DNA of 39,282 nt from contig CAYNHV010000011.1 in assembly GCA_964397315.1 (NCBI GenBank), positions 1 through 39,282 of the forward strand. The letters run 5' to 3'. Both the position numbers and the translations under genes were made by a program. The notes below the pieces were generated by a model. That model worked only from the letters and a program-made list of their open reading frames with translations, made no database searches and had not been told where the DNA came from. Numbering within the stretch: position 1 is the first letter of the stretch; each line of letters opens with the position of its first letter. Shown here in pieces: positions 29,177 through 36,785 of the stretch. The DNA is from an uncultured Methanosarcinales archaeon (GTDB lineage Archaea; Nanobdellota; Nanobdellia; Woesearchaeales; UBA12501).

Positions 29177-31573
29177 ATGGACAGGAAGAAAGTCTACATA
29201 GCTTTATATGTGTTGCTCATGCTAATTCTTTTTGCTGCCAGCGCGCACGCGCAGGTCCTGGGCACGATACTTGAGCCGTTTGAAAGGCTGGACATCATTG
29301 GAACTTACGCGAACTACGGCTTTGTTATTGACGCCATATTATATTTTGTCATACTTGTGGGCGCTGCGCAGGCCGGCCTTGGAGAAAGGTTCTCAGGCAG
29401 GGGAGGAAAAGCGATAATCACAGGTGTTGGAATTGCCCTTGCAATTGGAGCTGCAGTAGGGAGCAAAATGACAGGGTTCAGGCTGGGCAGCCTCTGGCCT
29501 CTTGCCCTTCTCCTTGTGCTCATCACCATCGGCTTCTGGATCTACAATTACATCAAAAAGATTTCAGGCTCCCAGAACAAGGGCTTTGCAATGCTCGCAT
29601 TCGGTTTCCTCTTCTTTTACATGCAGAGCGCCGCGCCCCAGCTCGCCAGGGAGTTTGCAAACAGCTCTAATGAATATGTCAGGATGATATGGGCATTACT
29701 CAATTTTGCTGCGATTATATGCCTCTTCTGGGGATTGTGGGAGCTCATAAAGGGGATTGCAAACTGGGGCAGCGAGGGAGCCACAGCCAGGACAGGAGGG
29801 GGAAGAACAGGCAGTGAGGGCCCGGGATTGTGGAACAGGCTTTTTGGAAGAAAGGAAGGGACTCATCTTGACACCTCAAATCCGGGAAAGATAACAGTAT
29901 ATGTTGTTGACCTTAACAACAATCCAATAAACGGAGCTGAAGTCATAATAAAGGGATTCAAGTGGAGGGACAGGTTCAGGAAACATACAGAACCCACGCA
30001 ACCACCCCATGGAGCAGCAGTTTTTAATTCCGTACCCTCAGGTACATGGAAGATTGATGCAAGGCACCCGGCATACAGCTTTTATAAGTTCTACCTGACA
30101 AAAGGCACTATGGCCAAACACAAGAAAGGCACTAATGTGCAGCTTGAAGGAGGAGGGGAAGCAGAGGTTGTGGTGCAGTTAAGAAGAGAAGAGGAAGGCG
30201 GAAGGATAAAGGGCAGGGTCATAAACGAGACTCTTGCCCGGCAGAAAAACATTTCCAAAGACGAGAAAGCCAAAAAGCTGAACAAGAAATATAGGGAGGG
30301 AGACAGCAACATAAGCCTGGACCTTAATGACAGAAGAGCGTTTAGAGAGGGGGTGGATGCCTATGTCTGCGCCATGAAGTATGATGCCCCAACAGGCAGA
30401 TACAACACTCTAACACAGCCTGTCAAGACGAACAGCAAAGGGGATTTCACACTGGAGGGAGTTCCGTATGAGAGCAACATCCTGGTGGGGCTCGTGCAAC
30501 GCAGACCTGACGGCTCACTAAAAGTAGTTGTTGGTGCAATGCACAACAGAGGGGATTATGGAAGGCCCAGGCAGGAGATAAAACTGAGCGCAATACACTC
30601 AGCTGAGGAGAATGTTGTTGTGCCAGTGGAAACTCGTTCTGCAGGAGGAGGCCGGCCGCCAGGGCCTGCAAGAGCAGGAGTAACAGGCTATGTTGTTGAT
30701 GAGACTGCCTTAAGCTCAGCGACCGGCAATGCCCAGGATTCTGCAGAGCAGATAAAGGAAATTATCCAGAGAAACTCCCTTGGAGTTGAGGGGGCAGAGG
30801 TGTGGGCAGAAAATGAAAGAGGGGACAGGCTTTGTGAAAATGCAAGAACAGGAAGAGACGGCTCTTTCAGCCTGAGCGCTGGAGCCGGAAACAGGGCTGT
30901 GATAAAAGCAAAGAGGGGTGAAAAGACAGGGAAGCACACAAGAAAGCCCTGGGGAAGACCTGAGGATGTCATCACCCTCACAGAAGGGAGGGGTGTAAAC
31001 AATGTCATAGTGCCCTTAAAGGACATTGACAAGCTTAAGGATGAATTGAAAGAAGTAAAAAAATCAAAGAATAAATGCCGCCAGGAGTATAAGAAACAGG
31101 AAGGATTGTATAATGCTCCTGTAAACAAAGGCTATGAGCTGACAAAATACCTCAATGAGATTCTTCAGAAGGGAGTCAAGGGCACATTGGATGTAGATGA
31201 GATGTCAAAAGTAGCAAGGGAAGCAGTAAAACATTATAATCTCCTCCCTAAAGAAGTTCAGGAGGAGCTCCGGAACGAAAATTTTAACCCATATTTTAGT
31301 AAATACGTTGCCCAGAACGCTCTTGAAACGGGCTTTGAGAATTTCAAGGAAGGTCTTAGACAGTTGAAAAACGAGGAGGAAGAAGCGCGTTTTTTGCTTG
31401 AAGAAAAAGACGGAAAGATAGAAAAGATAAATGTGACAAGCGAGAAAGTATATGAGCAATTAAAAGATATGTTTTTCCAGAACCTCCAGAAGAGCATATC
31501 AGAGTTCTGGAGGAATGCGCACATGGTGTTTGAGAAAAAGGAAGATCTCCTGGAGGAGGATATCCAATCTTAA
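29177..31573 (+). CDS. Multi-TM membrane protein with carboxypeptidase-regulatory-like beta domains and a coiled-coil tail
   Basis: About 6 hydrophobic helices, then three related beta domains (V.D....PI.GAEV, T...G.F.L, NVVVP) and a charged helical C-terminus. TATA box upstream at ~29096. Confidence 0.8.
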   Translation: MDRKKVYIALYVLLMLILFAASAHAQVLGTILEPFERLDIIGTYANYGFVIDAILYFVILVGAAQAGLGERFSGRGGKAIITGVGIALAIGAAVGSKMTGFRLGSLWPLALLLVLITIGFWIYNYIKKISGSQNKGFAMLAFGFLFFYMQSAAPQLAREFANSSNEYVRMIWALLNFAAIICLFWGLWELIKGIANWGSEGATARTGGGRTGSEGPGLWNRLFGRKEGTHLDTSNPGKITVYVVDLNNNPINGAEVIIKGFKWRDRFRKHTEPTQPPHGAAVFNSVPSGTWKIDARHPAYSFYKFYLTKGTMAKHKKGTNVQLEGGGEAEVVVQLRREEEGGRIKGRVINETLARQKNISKDEKAKKLNKKYREGDSNISLDLNDRRAFREGVDAYVCAMKYDAPTGRYNTLTQPVKTNSKGDFTLEGVPYESNILVGLVQRRPDGSLKVVVGAMHNRGDYGRPRQEIKLSAIHSAEENVVVPVETRSAGGGRPPGPARAGVTGYVVDETALSSATGNAQDSAEQIKEIIQRNSLGVEGAEVWAENERGDRLCENARTGRDGSFSLSAGAGNRAVIKAKRGEKTGKHTRKPWGRPEDVITLTEGRGVNNVIVPLKDIDKLKDELKEVKKSKNKCRQEYKKQEGLYNAPVNKGYELTKYLNEILQKGVKGTLDVDEMSKVAREAVKHYNLLPKEVQEELRNENFNPYFSKYVAQNALETGFENFKEGLRQLKNEEEEARFLLEEKDGKIEKINVTSEKVYEQLKDMFFQNLQKSISEFWRNAHMVFEKKEDLLEEDIQS

Positions 31574-31576
31574 GGA

Positions 31577-31592
31577 AAGCTTTATAAATAAT
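31577..31592 (+). promoter_or_regulatory. Archaeal BRE/TATA promoter
   Basis: AAAGCTTTATAAATA about 65 nt upstream of the next start codon. Confidence 0.55.
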
Positions 31593-31655
31593 TATTACCA
31601 ACACACCTGAAAAAGAGGCAACAAAAAGGCAAAACAAGCATATGAGGTGTTATTG

Positions 31656-32570
31656 ATGAAAAGTATTGTTGATTTCACAAGTGATGTTTTTTCTATAATG
31701 AGAGGAAATTATACTATGTTTCCGAGGTTCACTTTAATGAGGATGGTGGCTAAAGAGAGAAGGGACGAGAGAATAGAAAAGCATATTGATGAAGAGATGA
31801 AGAAAATAGCTGAAGCAGAGAAAAAAGGAAGCATAAGCGAGCTTAAGAAAGAAACAAGCAAGTTCGTCAAGGACATACATAAGGAAGAGAAGATAGATGA
31901 CTTTGAAGTGGAAGGTGAAGAAAAGATCCAAAGGCATATGCTTCAGGATGTGGGCACCCTGATACAGGAATTCAAGGGCTCAGAGACGCTAAAGAATGAC
32001 AAGGAACTCCGGGAAAAAGTAGCAGGCATCCTCAAACAATTGAAAGAATTCACTGAACTCCAGTTTAATGATCTTGAACAGACTAAGAAGGGAGGAAGAC
32101 CATGGGAGACAACAACAATGCAACTGGACATCGGCGAGTGCAGCAATACAGTCATAACATCCGCAAGGGATATGAGGCAGGAATTCGGCAGGATAAATTC
32201 GGATGTTCGTGCAGCTATAAACATGGCTTCCAAGATAGACAATCTGAAAGAGGAAGACAAAAAGAAAGAGAAAGAGAAAATAGGAAAAAAGCTTGATGAC
32301 GCTGACAAGAAGTTAAGAAAATTCCTTAAAGATATGAAGCTGAACTTCCATATGACACTAAGGCTTTTCAATTTCCTTGTGGGAGAGCTCCAGAAAGAGG
32401 ATGAACATATAAAGCAGATGGAGCAGGAAGGGCTCCCTGAGAAAACATCAAAAGAGCTTCACAAAGAGCTCCATAAAGCGCTTGATGATTACCATGAGAA
32501 AGTTGAGGAAGAATCAGAATTCGCCCAAAAAATATTTCAGATAGAAGAAAGAGAAGCTGCACAGCTTTAA
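31656..32570 (+). CDS. Coiled-coil hypothetical protein
   Basis: ~304 aa, Glu/Lys-rich and all-helical. GAGGTG RBS before ATG 31656. Confidence 0.8.
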   Translation: MKSIVDFTSDVFSIMRGNYTMFPRFTLMRMVAKERRDERIEKHIDEEMKKIAEAEKKGSISELKKETSKFVKDIHKEEKIDDFEVEGEEKIQRHMLQDVGTLIQEFKGSETLKNDKELREKVAGILKQLKEFTELQFNDLEQTKKGGRPWETTTMQLDIGECSNTVITSARDMRQEFGRINSDVRAAINMASKIDNLKEEDKKKEKEKIGKKLDDADKKLRKFLKDMKLNFHMTLRLFNFLVGELQKEDEHIKQMEQEGLPEKTSKELHKELHKALDDYHEKVEEESEFAQKIFQIEEREAAQL

Positions 32571-32582
32571 AGAGGTGATTAA

Positions 32583-32996
32583 ATGCTTGGAAAGAGAGGA
32601 ATGATCTTCACCAGCCCGCGGGACACAATAAGCTTTGTTGTAGGCCTCATACTGCTGGCCTTCGGCATTATCCCGCTTCTGAACAAGTTCGGCGTGATAG
32701 GGTGGAACCTGCCGGGCTTTCTCGTGAATCTGGGCACAGGAGTCCTTGTATGGATCGTGGCGATAGCAGGGCTGTACATCCTCATTGACGGGTTCATAGA
32801 GCCTCCGATGCACATATTCCACTGGCTGCTCATCATAGCGGGGCTCATAATGATGGTGCTGGGGCTCATACCCATACTCCACACCTTTGGGGTGATAGGG
32901 TTTTCCATGCCTGGCATGGACAGCATGATCCTGTACTGGATTGTCATAAGCCTTGAGGGGCTGGGACTTGCGATAGCAGGGCTGACCATGCACTAA
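32583..32996 (+). CDS. Four-TM membrane protein made of an internal duplication
   Basis: GLILLAFGIIPLLNKFGVIGWNLPG repeats as GLIMMVLGLIPILHTFGVIGFSMPG. GAGGTGA RBS. Confidence 0.85.
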   Translation: MLGKRGMIFTSPRDTISFVVGLILLAFGIIPLLNKFGVIGWNLPGFLVNLGTGVLVWIVAIAGLYILIDGFIEPPMHIFHWLLIIAGLIMMVLGLIPILHTFGVIGFSMPGMDSMILYWIVISLEGLGLAIAGLTMH

Positions 32997-33052
32997 ACAT
33001 CTGAACTTATTGTTTTGTTTTTATGGAATTCCTATTTTTTAGTGTTAATCCT

Positions 33053-33260
33053 GATTATTATTCCAGGTGCTTCCTTGGGATGATAAGTTTAGGATCTAAC
33101 TCTTAGTAATTCCCAGGGGATTTATGAGCTTATGATTGTTATTCCAGGCAATTCCTTGAGGGATAATAGACCTATGCTTATATTTCTGGTACTTCCCGCC
33201 TTTAGAGTGGTTTGTTTATGATAATAACTCCAGGTACTTCCCACCCTTACTGCACAACCG
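33053..33260. repeat. Degenerate tandem array, 5 units of ~40-44 bp
   Basis: Units start at about 33053, 33093, 33134, 33176 and 33220. Approximate core GATWRTWAYTCCAGGTRMTTCC. Confidence 0.65.
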
Positions 33261-33700
33261 CCTCACAGGTTTTTTCCTTCCAAAACCGCACAACTCCCCC
33301 GCTCCTGGCATAGATAAGCCCACCCAATCATATGCTTAAAGCGCTCTGTGGAGTTGGTGCGATTAGCATGTGTGAGGGGGATGGAGGGCGGGACTTATCC
33401 AGATGTAAGTGCGACCGGGGCGGTGGAGAACTCTGGATTAACCAAAACACTTAGAGGAGATTTTTTAAGTATAGTGCCTCTTTTAAATTGCGCTTTTTGT
33501 GGGATTGAGCGCAGCGAAATCCCGCTTACACTTGAACAGAGTAATGCCGTTCTGGTGGAGAACTCAGGAGGAATTCCTATTTGTAAAACAAGCATTATTC
33601 TTAGAACTCACAAACAGCGCGGTTGCAATATCCTGAGAATCTACGAATTTTACATGATATTCTAAACAACGTTCAAGCCAGGATTGACTAATACATTAAG
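33190..33700 (+). repeat. Longest copy of the dispersed structured non-coding element (candidate ncRNA or MITE)
   Basis: Homologous to 26211-26600 (inverted) and 1-165 (direct), with several conserved hairpins. Confidence 0.88.
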
Positions 33701-33849
33701 GAGCCTCACCAAAGGCCATCCCAACGATATGCTCGGGAGAGCTCCTGGATTTATGGACGGGCTCTGTCAGCTTATCATTCCGAAATCTTTATATACAAAA
33801 CTTATTTGAATCCCCATATAGCAGGTGTTTATTGTCAAAAAGAGGTGTT

Positions 33850-34479
33850 ATGATGGCAGATGAAGAAGGGGAGTATGAGATAGTTCCGGAAAAAGAGGTT
33901 GAGGACCTAAAAAAGCAGGTTGAGGAAGTAAGAAAGAATCCATTGGGTTCAACTCCTTCTGGAAGGGAGCTCTTGAAGGCTGTCAAAGAGCTTAATGAAA
34001 GCATAAATCATCTTACAGGCCTTTTCCAGGACGCGGCTGATTCAATGAAGCTTGAGGAGAAGGAGTCTGACGCAATAGGCAAGAAGCTCTCGCCAATGCT
34101 TGAGAAGCTTGACACCCTCATAGACCAGAATGAGAAGATAGCAAGAGGCATCGTGAGTGTCGCGGACATGGTCAAGGAGGATCTTGGAAGAAAAAAGCAG
34201 CAGGCTCCAGGGCCTTCAACCGCCCCTGGTCCGCAGGGCCCCCAGCCACAACAGCAGATGGGAAGGCCGCCTTCTTCCCAGTCTGGCCAGCCAGGCCCTC
34301 AGCAGGGCCAGCCAATAAGAGTGCAGGTGCCTCCTGCTGGAGTCAAGGCTCCTCAAGGGCCTCCGCCCTCGCCGCCCTCAGGAGCGCAGCCTCCAAAGCC
34401 TCCTGAAGGCAGCGGAACGCCTCCACCTCCGCCGCAGGCACCAAAGGAAAAGCCAAAGAGAAAGCTGTTTGGATTCTAA
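33850..34479 (+). CDS. Hypothetical protein: coiled coil plus Pro/Gln-rich tail
   Basis: GAGGTG RBS and upstream TATA box. Helical N-terminal half, PQGP-rich linker, KRKLFGF C-terminus. Confidence 0.85.
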   Translation: MMADEEGEYEIVPEKEVEDLKKQVEEVRKNPLGSTPSGRELLKAVKELNESINHLTGLFQDAADSMKLEEKESDAIGKKLSPMLEKLDTLIDQNEKIARGIVSVADMVKEDLGRKKQQAPGPSTAPGPQGPQPQQQMGRPPSSQSGQPGPQQGQPIRVQVPPAGVKAPQGPPPSPPSGAQPPKPPEGSGTPPPPPQAPKEKPKRKLFGF

Positions 34480-34480
34480 A

Positions 34481-35194
34481 ATGGAGCAGCAAGAGCACAA
34501 GGGAGTCTCTCCCCCTACACTGAAGTTCTTTGTAAGGCATGTGGCCTCTGCAGCAAGAGGGCAGAAAGAGAGGGATGGAAAGATATCAGAGCTTGACTCG
34601 CAGGTGTCAAGCCTCAAGAGATCAGCCCTCTCAGGAAAACCCGCCAAAAAGAAGGTTGAGAAGGGATTTGACGAGCTGCAGAGGAGGATAAAGGACCTCA
34701 TCAATGAAGAGAGGACAATAATCCTTAACCAGAAGAAAGAGGAGGAGATAATAGAGGAGCTCAAGGAAAGGCTTGACATCCTGGAGGAGAAAGTGCACGG
34801 CCTCAGCCATGTGCATTCATTGACATCAGAGGAGCACATGAGGAGGATTCAGGACCTTCACAAGAAGGTAAACAATATATCCTCTGGTAGAGAGAGGCAG
34901 GCAGAAGAAGCCAGCGGAAGCAGCAGCAAGGAAGAGAAACCAGAAAGCAGTAAACTGCCTGTAAAGGGGCAGAGCAGGAAGATTGTGGAGCACAATCCGC
35001 AGCTTGTCATATCAACAATGAAAGAGCTCGGCAGGAAGAAGAATCACATAGAAATGCTTGAGGAGATGATAAGCAATGCAGAGAAGAAGCACGCTGAGCT
35101 GAGAAAGAAAAGGATACAAAAGAAGCATCTTGACAGCCTGAAGGACACAATTGAGAAGCACAAGAAAGCGCTGCGATCAATCAAGAGACAATAG
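34481..35194 (+). CDS. Coiled-coil hypothetical protein
   Basis: ATG 1 nt after the upstream stop; charged heptad-rich sequence. Confidence 0.8.
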   Translation: MEQQEHKGVSPPTLKFFVRHVASAARGQKERDGKISELDSQVSSLKRSALSGKPAKKKVEKGFDELQRRIKDLINEERTIILNQKKEEEIIEELKERLDILEEKVHGLSHVHSLTSEEHMRRIQDLHKKVNNISSGRERQAEEASGSSSKEEKPESSKLPVKGQSRKIVEHNPQLVISTMKELGRKKNHIEMLEEMISNAEKKHAELRKKRIQKKHLDSLKDTIEKHKKALRSIKRQ

Positions 35195-35317
35195 CCCCAT
35201 TACCCTGTTCCTGCCCTGATTCTTAGCCCCCCTCCTAATATGGTTCACGGTCCAGAATGCTGCAATGCCCTGCAGATTTGCAGGTTATAACAGAGAACCG
35301 CCACTAATCATTGAAAA

Positions 35318-35347
35318 ACAAAATAAAAAGAGAGCCAAGGCCCTCTT
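35318..35347 (-). terminator. Hairpin plus U-tract terminator after the small histone gene
   Basis: Minus strand reads AAGAGGGC-CTTG-GCTCTCTT-TTTATTTT, about 20 nt after the stop. Confidence 0.5.
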
Positions 35348-35367
35348 AAAGTCAGAATACAAAAAAT

Positions 35368-35538
35368 TTAAAGGTCCTTTCCCATTACTGTCTTCCTTCC
35401 GTTTGACTCAGCTCTTGCGCAAGCGTCTGCGATGAGCTGCCTTACTTTCTTATCAAGAGCATCTGCAAGTTCTCCTGATACATTGTAACCTTTTGCTGCG
35501 TCTTTCAGCTTTGCTCTAACTACTAATAGGTCTGACAT
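35368..35538 (-). CDS. Short histone-fold protein (DUF1931-like / alpha3-truncated prokaryotic histone), 56 aa
   Basis: Translated by hand: MSDLLVVRAKLKDAAKGYNVSGELADALDKKVRQLIADACARAESNGRKTVMGKDL. It has the RKTVxxxD motif, a GAGGTGA RBS and an upstream TATA box. Below the ORF-track cutoff. Confidence 0.9.
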   Translation of the reverse strand: MSDLLVVRAKLKDAAKGYNVSGELADALDKKVRQLIADACARAESNGRKTVMGKDL

Positions 35539-35817
35539 TTGTTCACCTCACCTTATTTTTGTTCCCCCGGATTAATCCAGAGCTCTCAAAACCTTAATTT
35601 AAAGGCTCCTGCTGTTTATTCAGTGGTAGCTTATATATAAAGTTTTCTATCCAGAAAGGCTGAATTCTGGGTTTTTAGGCTGTATGAGTGGTAAATCTGC
35701 AGTTCTATTTTAAAATACCCTTTGCATAAGTGGCAGAGGAAGGAAATGTAAAGCAGGCATTACACTATCGGCAAGTGTCACAAAAAATATATTAACCCAT
35801 CTGCATAACATGAGACA

Positions 35818-36564
35818 ATGGCCGGAGAATGGGCGTATGCTTTGGCGAGCGTTCTTATAGTCAGCGCTCTTGCATTCATAGGGATAATAACTCTCTCAAT
35901 AAGCGAGGTCAAGCTAAGAAAGATACTTTTCTTCCTTGTCAGCTTCTCTGTAGGAGCGCTTCTTGGAGGGGCTTTCATACACCTGCTTCCTGAAACATTC
36001 AGGGAGTTCGGATTCGGGCCTGAAATATCGTTCTATGTGTTGCTCGGCATGCTCGTCTTCTTTGTCATGGAAAAGTTTGTCCACTGGCGGCACTGCCACA
36101 TACCCGCCTCAGATCATCATCCCCACCCTTTTGTATACATGAACCTCATTGGCGACGGCTTCCACAATTTCATTGACGGCATGGTCATTGCAGGAAGCTA
36201 TCTTGCAAGCATACCTCTCGGAATAAGCACCACCATAGCTGTTGTCCTGCATGAGATACCTCAGGAGATAGGCGACTTCGGCGTTCTCGTTCACGGGGGC
36301 TTCGGGAGGATTAAGGCATTATTCTATAATTTCATCTCAGCCCTGGCCGCAGTGCTGGGTGCGGCGGCTGTTCTTATCATAGGGGCAAGGGTGCAGAACA
36401 TAACAATGTTCCTTCTTCCTTTCACAGCAGGCGGCTTTATCTACATTGCAGGAGCGGACCTCATACCCGAGCTGCACAAGGAATGTGAGGGATGGAAGTC
36501 ATTCGGCCAGCTCATAGCAATACTGCTTGGGATTGGAGTTATGACAGCGATACTTGTGATATAA
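35818..36564 (+). CDS. ZIP family metal (zinc/iron) transporter
   Basis: HLLPE, His-rich loop HWRHCH..HHPH, HNFIDG and HEIPQEIGDF motifs; about 8 TMs. Confidence 0.95.
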   Translation: MAGEWAYALASVLIVSALAFIGIITLSISEVKLRKILFFLVSFSVGALLGGAFIHLLPETFREFGFGPEISFYVLLGMLVFFVMEKFVHWRHCHIPASDHHPHPFVYMNLIGDGFHNFIDGMVIAGSYLASIPLGISTTIAVVLHEIPQEIGDFGVLVHGGFGRIKALFYNFISALAAVLGAAAVLIIGARVQNITMFLLPFTAGGFIYIAGADLIPELHKECEGWKSFGQLIAILLGIGVMTAILVI

Positions 36565-36601
36565 TAGCCTAAACGTTTTATCAAGAACTCCTCTGAGTCT
36601 T

Positions 36602-36750
36602 ACTTTTAATAAGCCGGAAGCTCCTCACTTAGTGCGGAGATGAAGGCTTTTAAAAGTTCCAAAAATCCGCTTGCCAAAAGCGGCTGCTTAAAGCCATGGG
36701 AATCAAAAATCTTCAATTCTTGGTGTTCCAAAAAGCTTAGCTTTTTGAAA
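36602..36750. repeat. Cluster of palindromes between convergent genes, including an IS200/IS605-end-like hairpin
   Basis: acttttaataagcc..ggcttttaaaagt encloses ctcctcact-t-agtgcggag; caaaaagc-tta-gctttttg follows. Confidence 0.5.
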
Positions 36751-36785
36751 CCTTTAGCCTATTAACCATGAGCTGCGGATTTTTG

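Noticed and set aside
33053..33260. CRISPR array
   Set aside because: Repeats are too degenerate, the period (~42 bp) is too short and there are no cas genes. Kept only as a tandem array.
33348..33665. 105-aa ORF inside the repeat element
   Set aside because: The frame is not preserved in the 26 kb copy (indels) and the product has no protein-like features.
1..33700. DGR template/variable repeat pair
   Set aside because: The repeats are non-coding, mismatches are not adenine-specific and no reverse transcriptase is present.
33190..33700. RNase P RNA, SRP RNA, tRNA or group II intron
   Set aside because: Their diagnostic motifs (GAGGAAAGUCC, SRP helix 8, cloverleaf, domain V) were not found.
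35567..35580. CTGGATTAATCC palindrome in the small histone leader resembling the repeat's TCTGGATTAAYC motif
   Set aside because: Too short to distinguish from chance without genome-wide counts.
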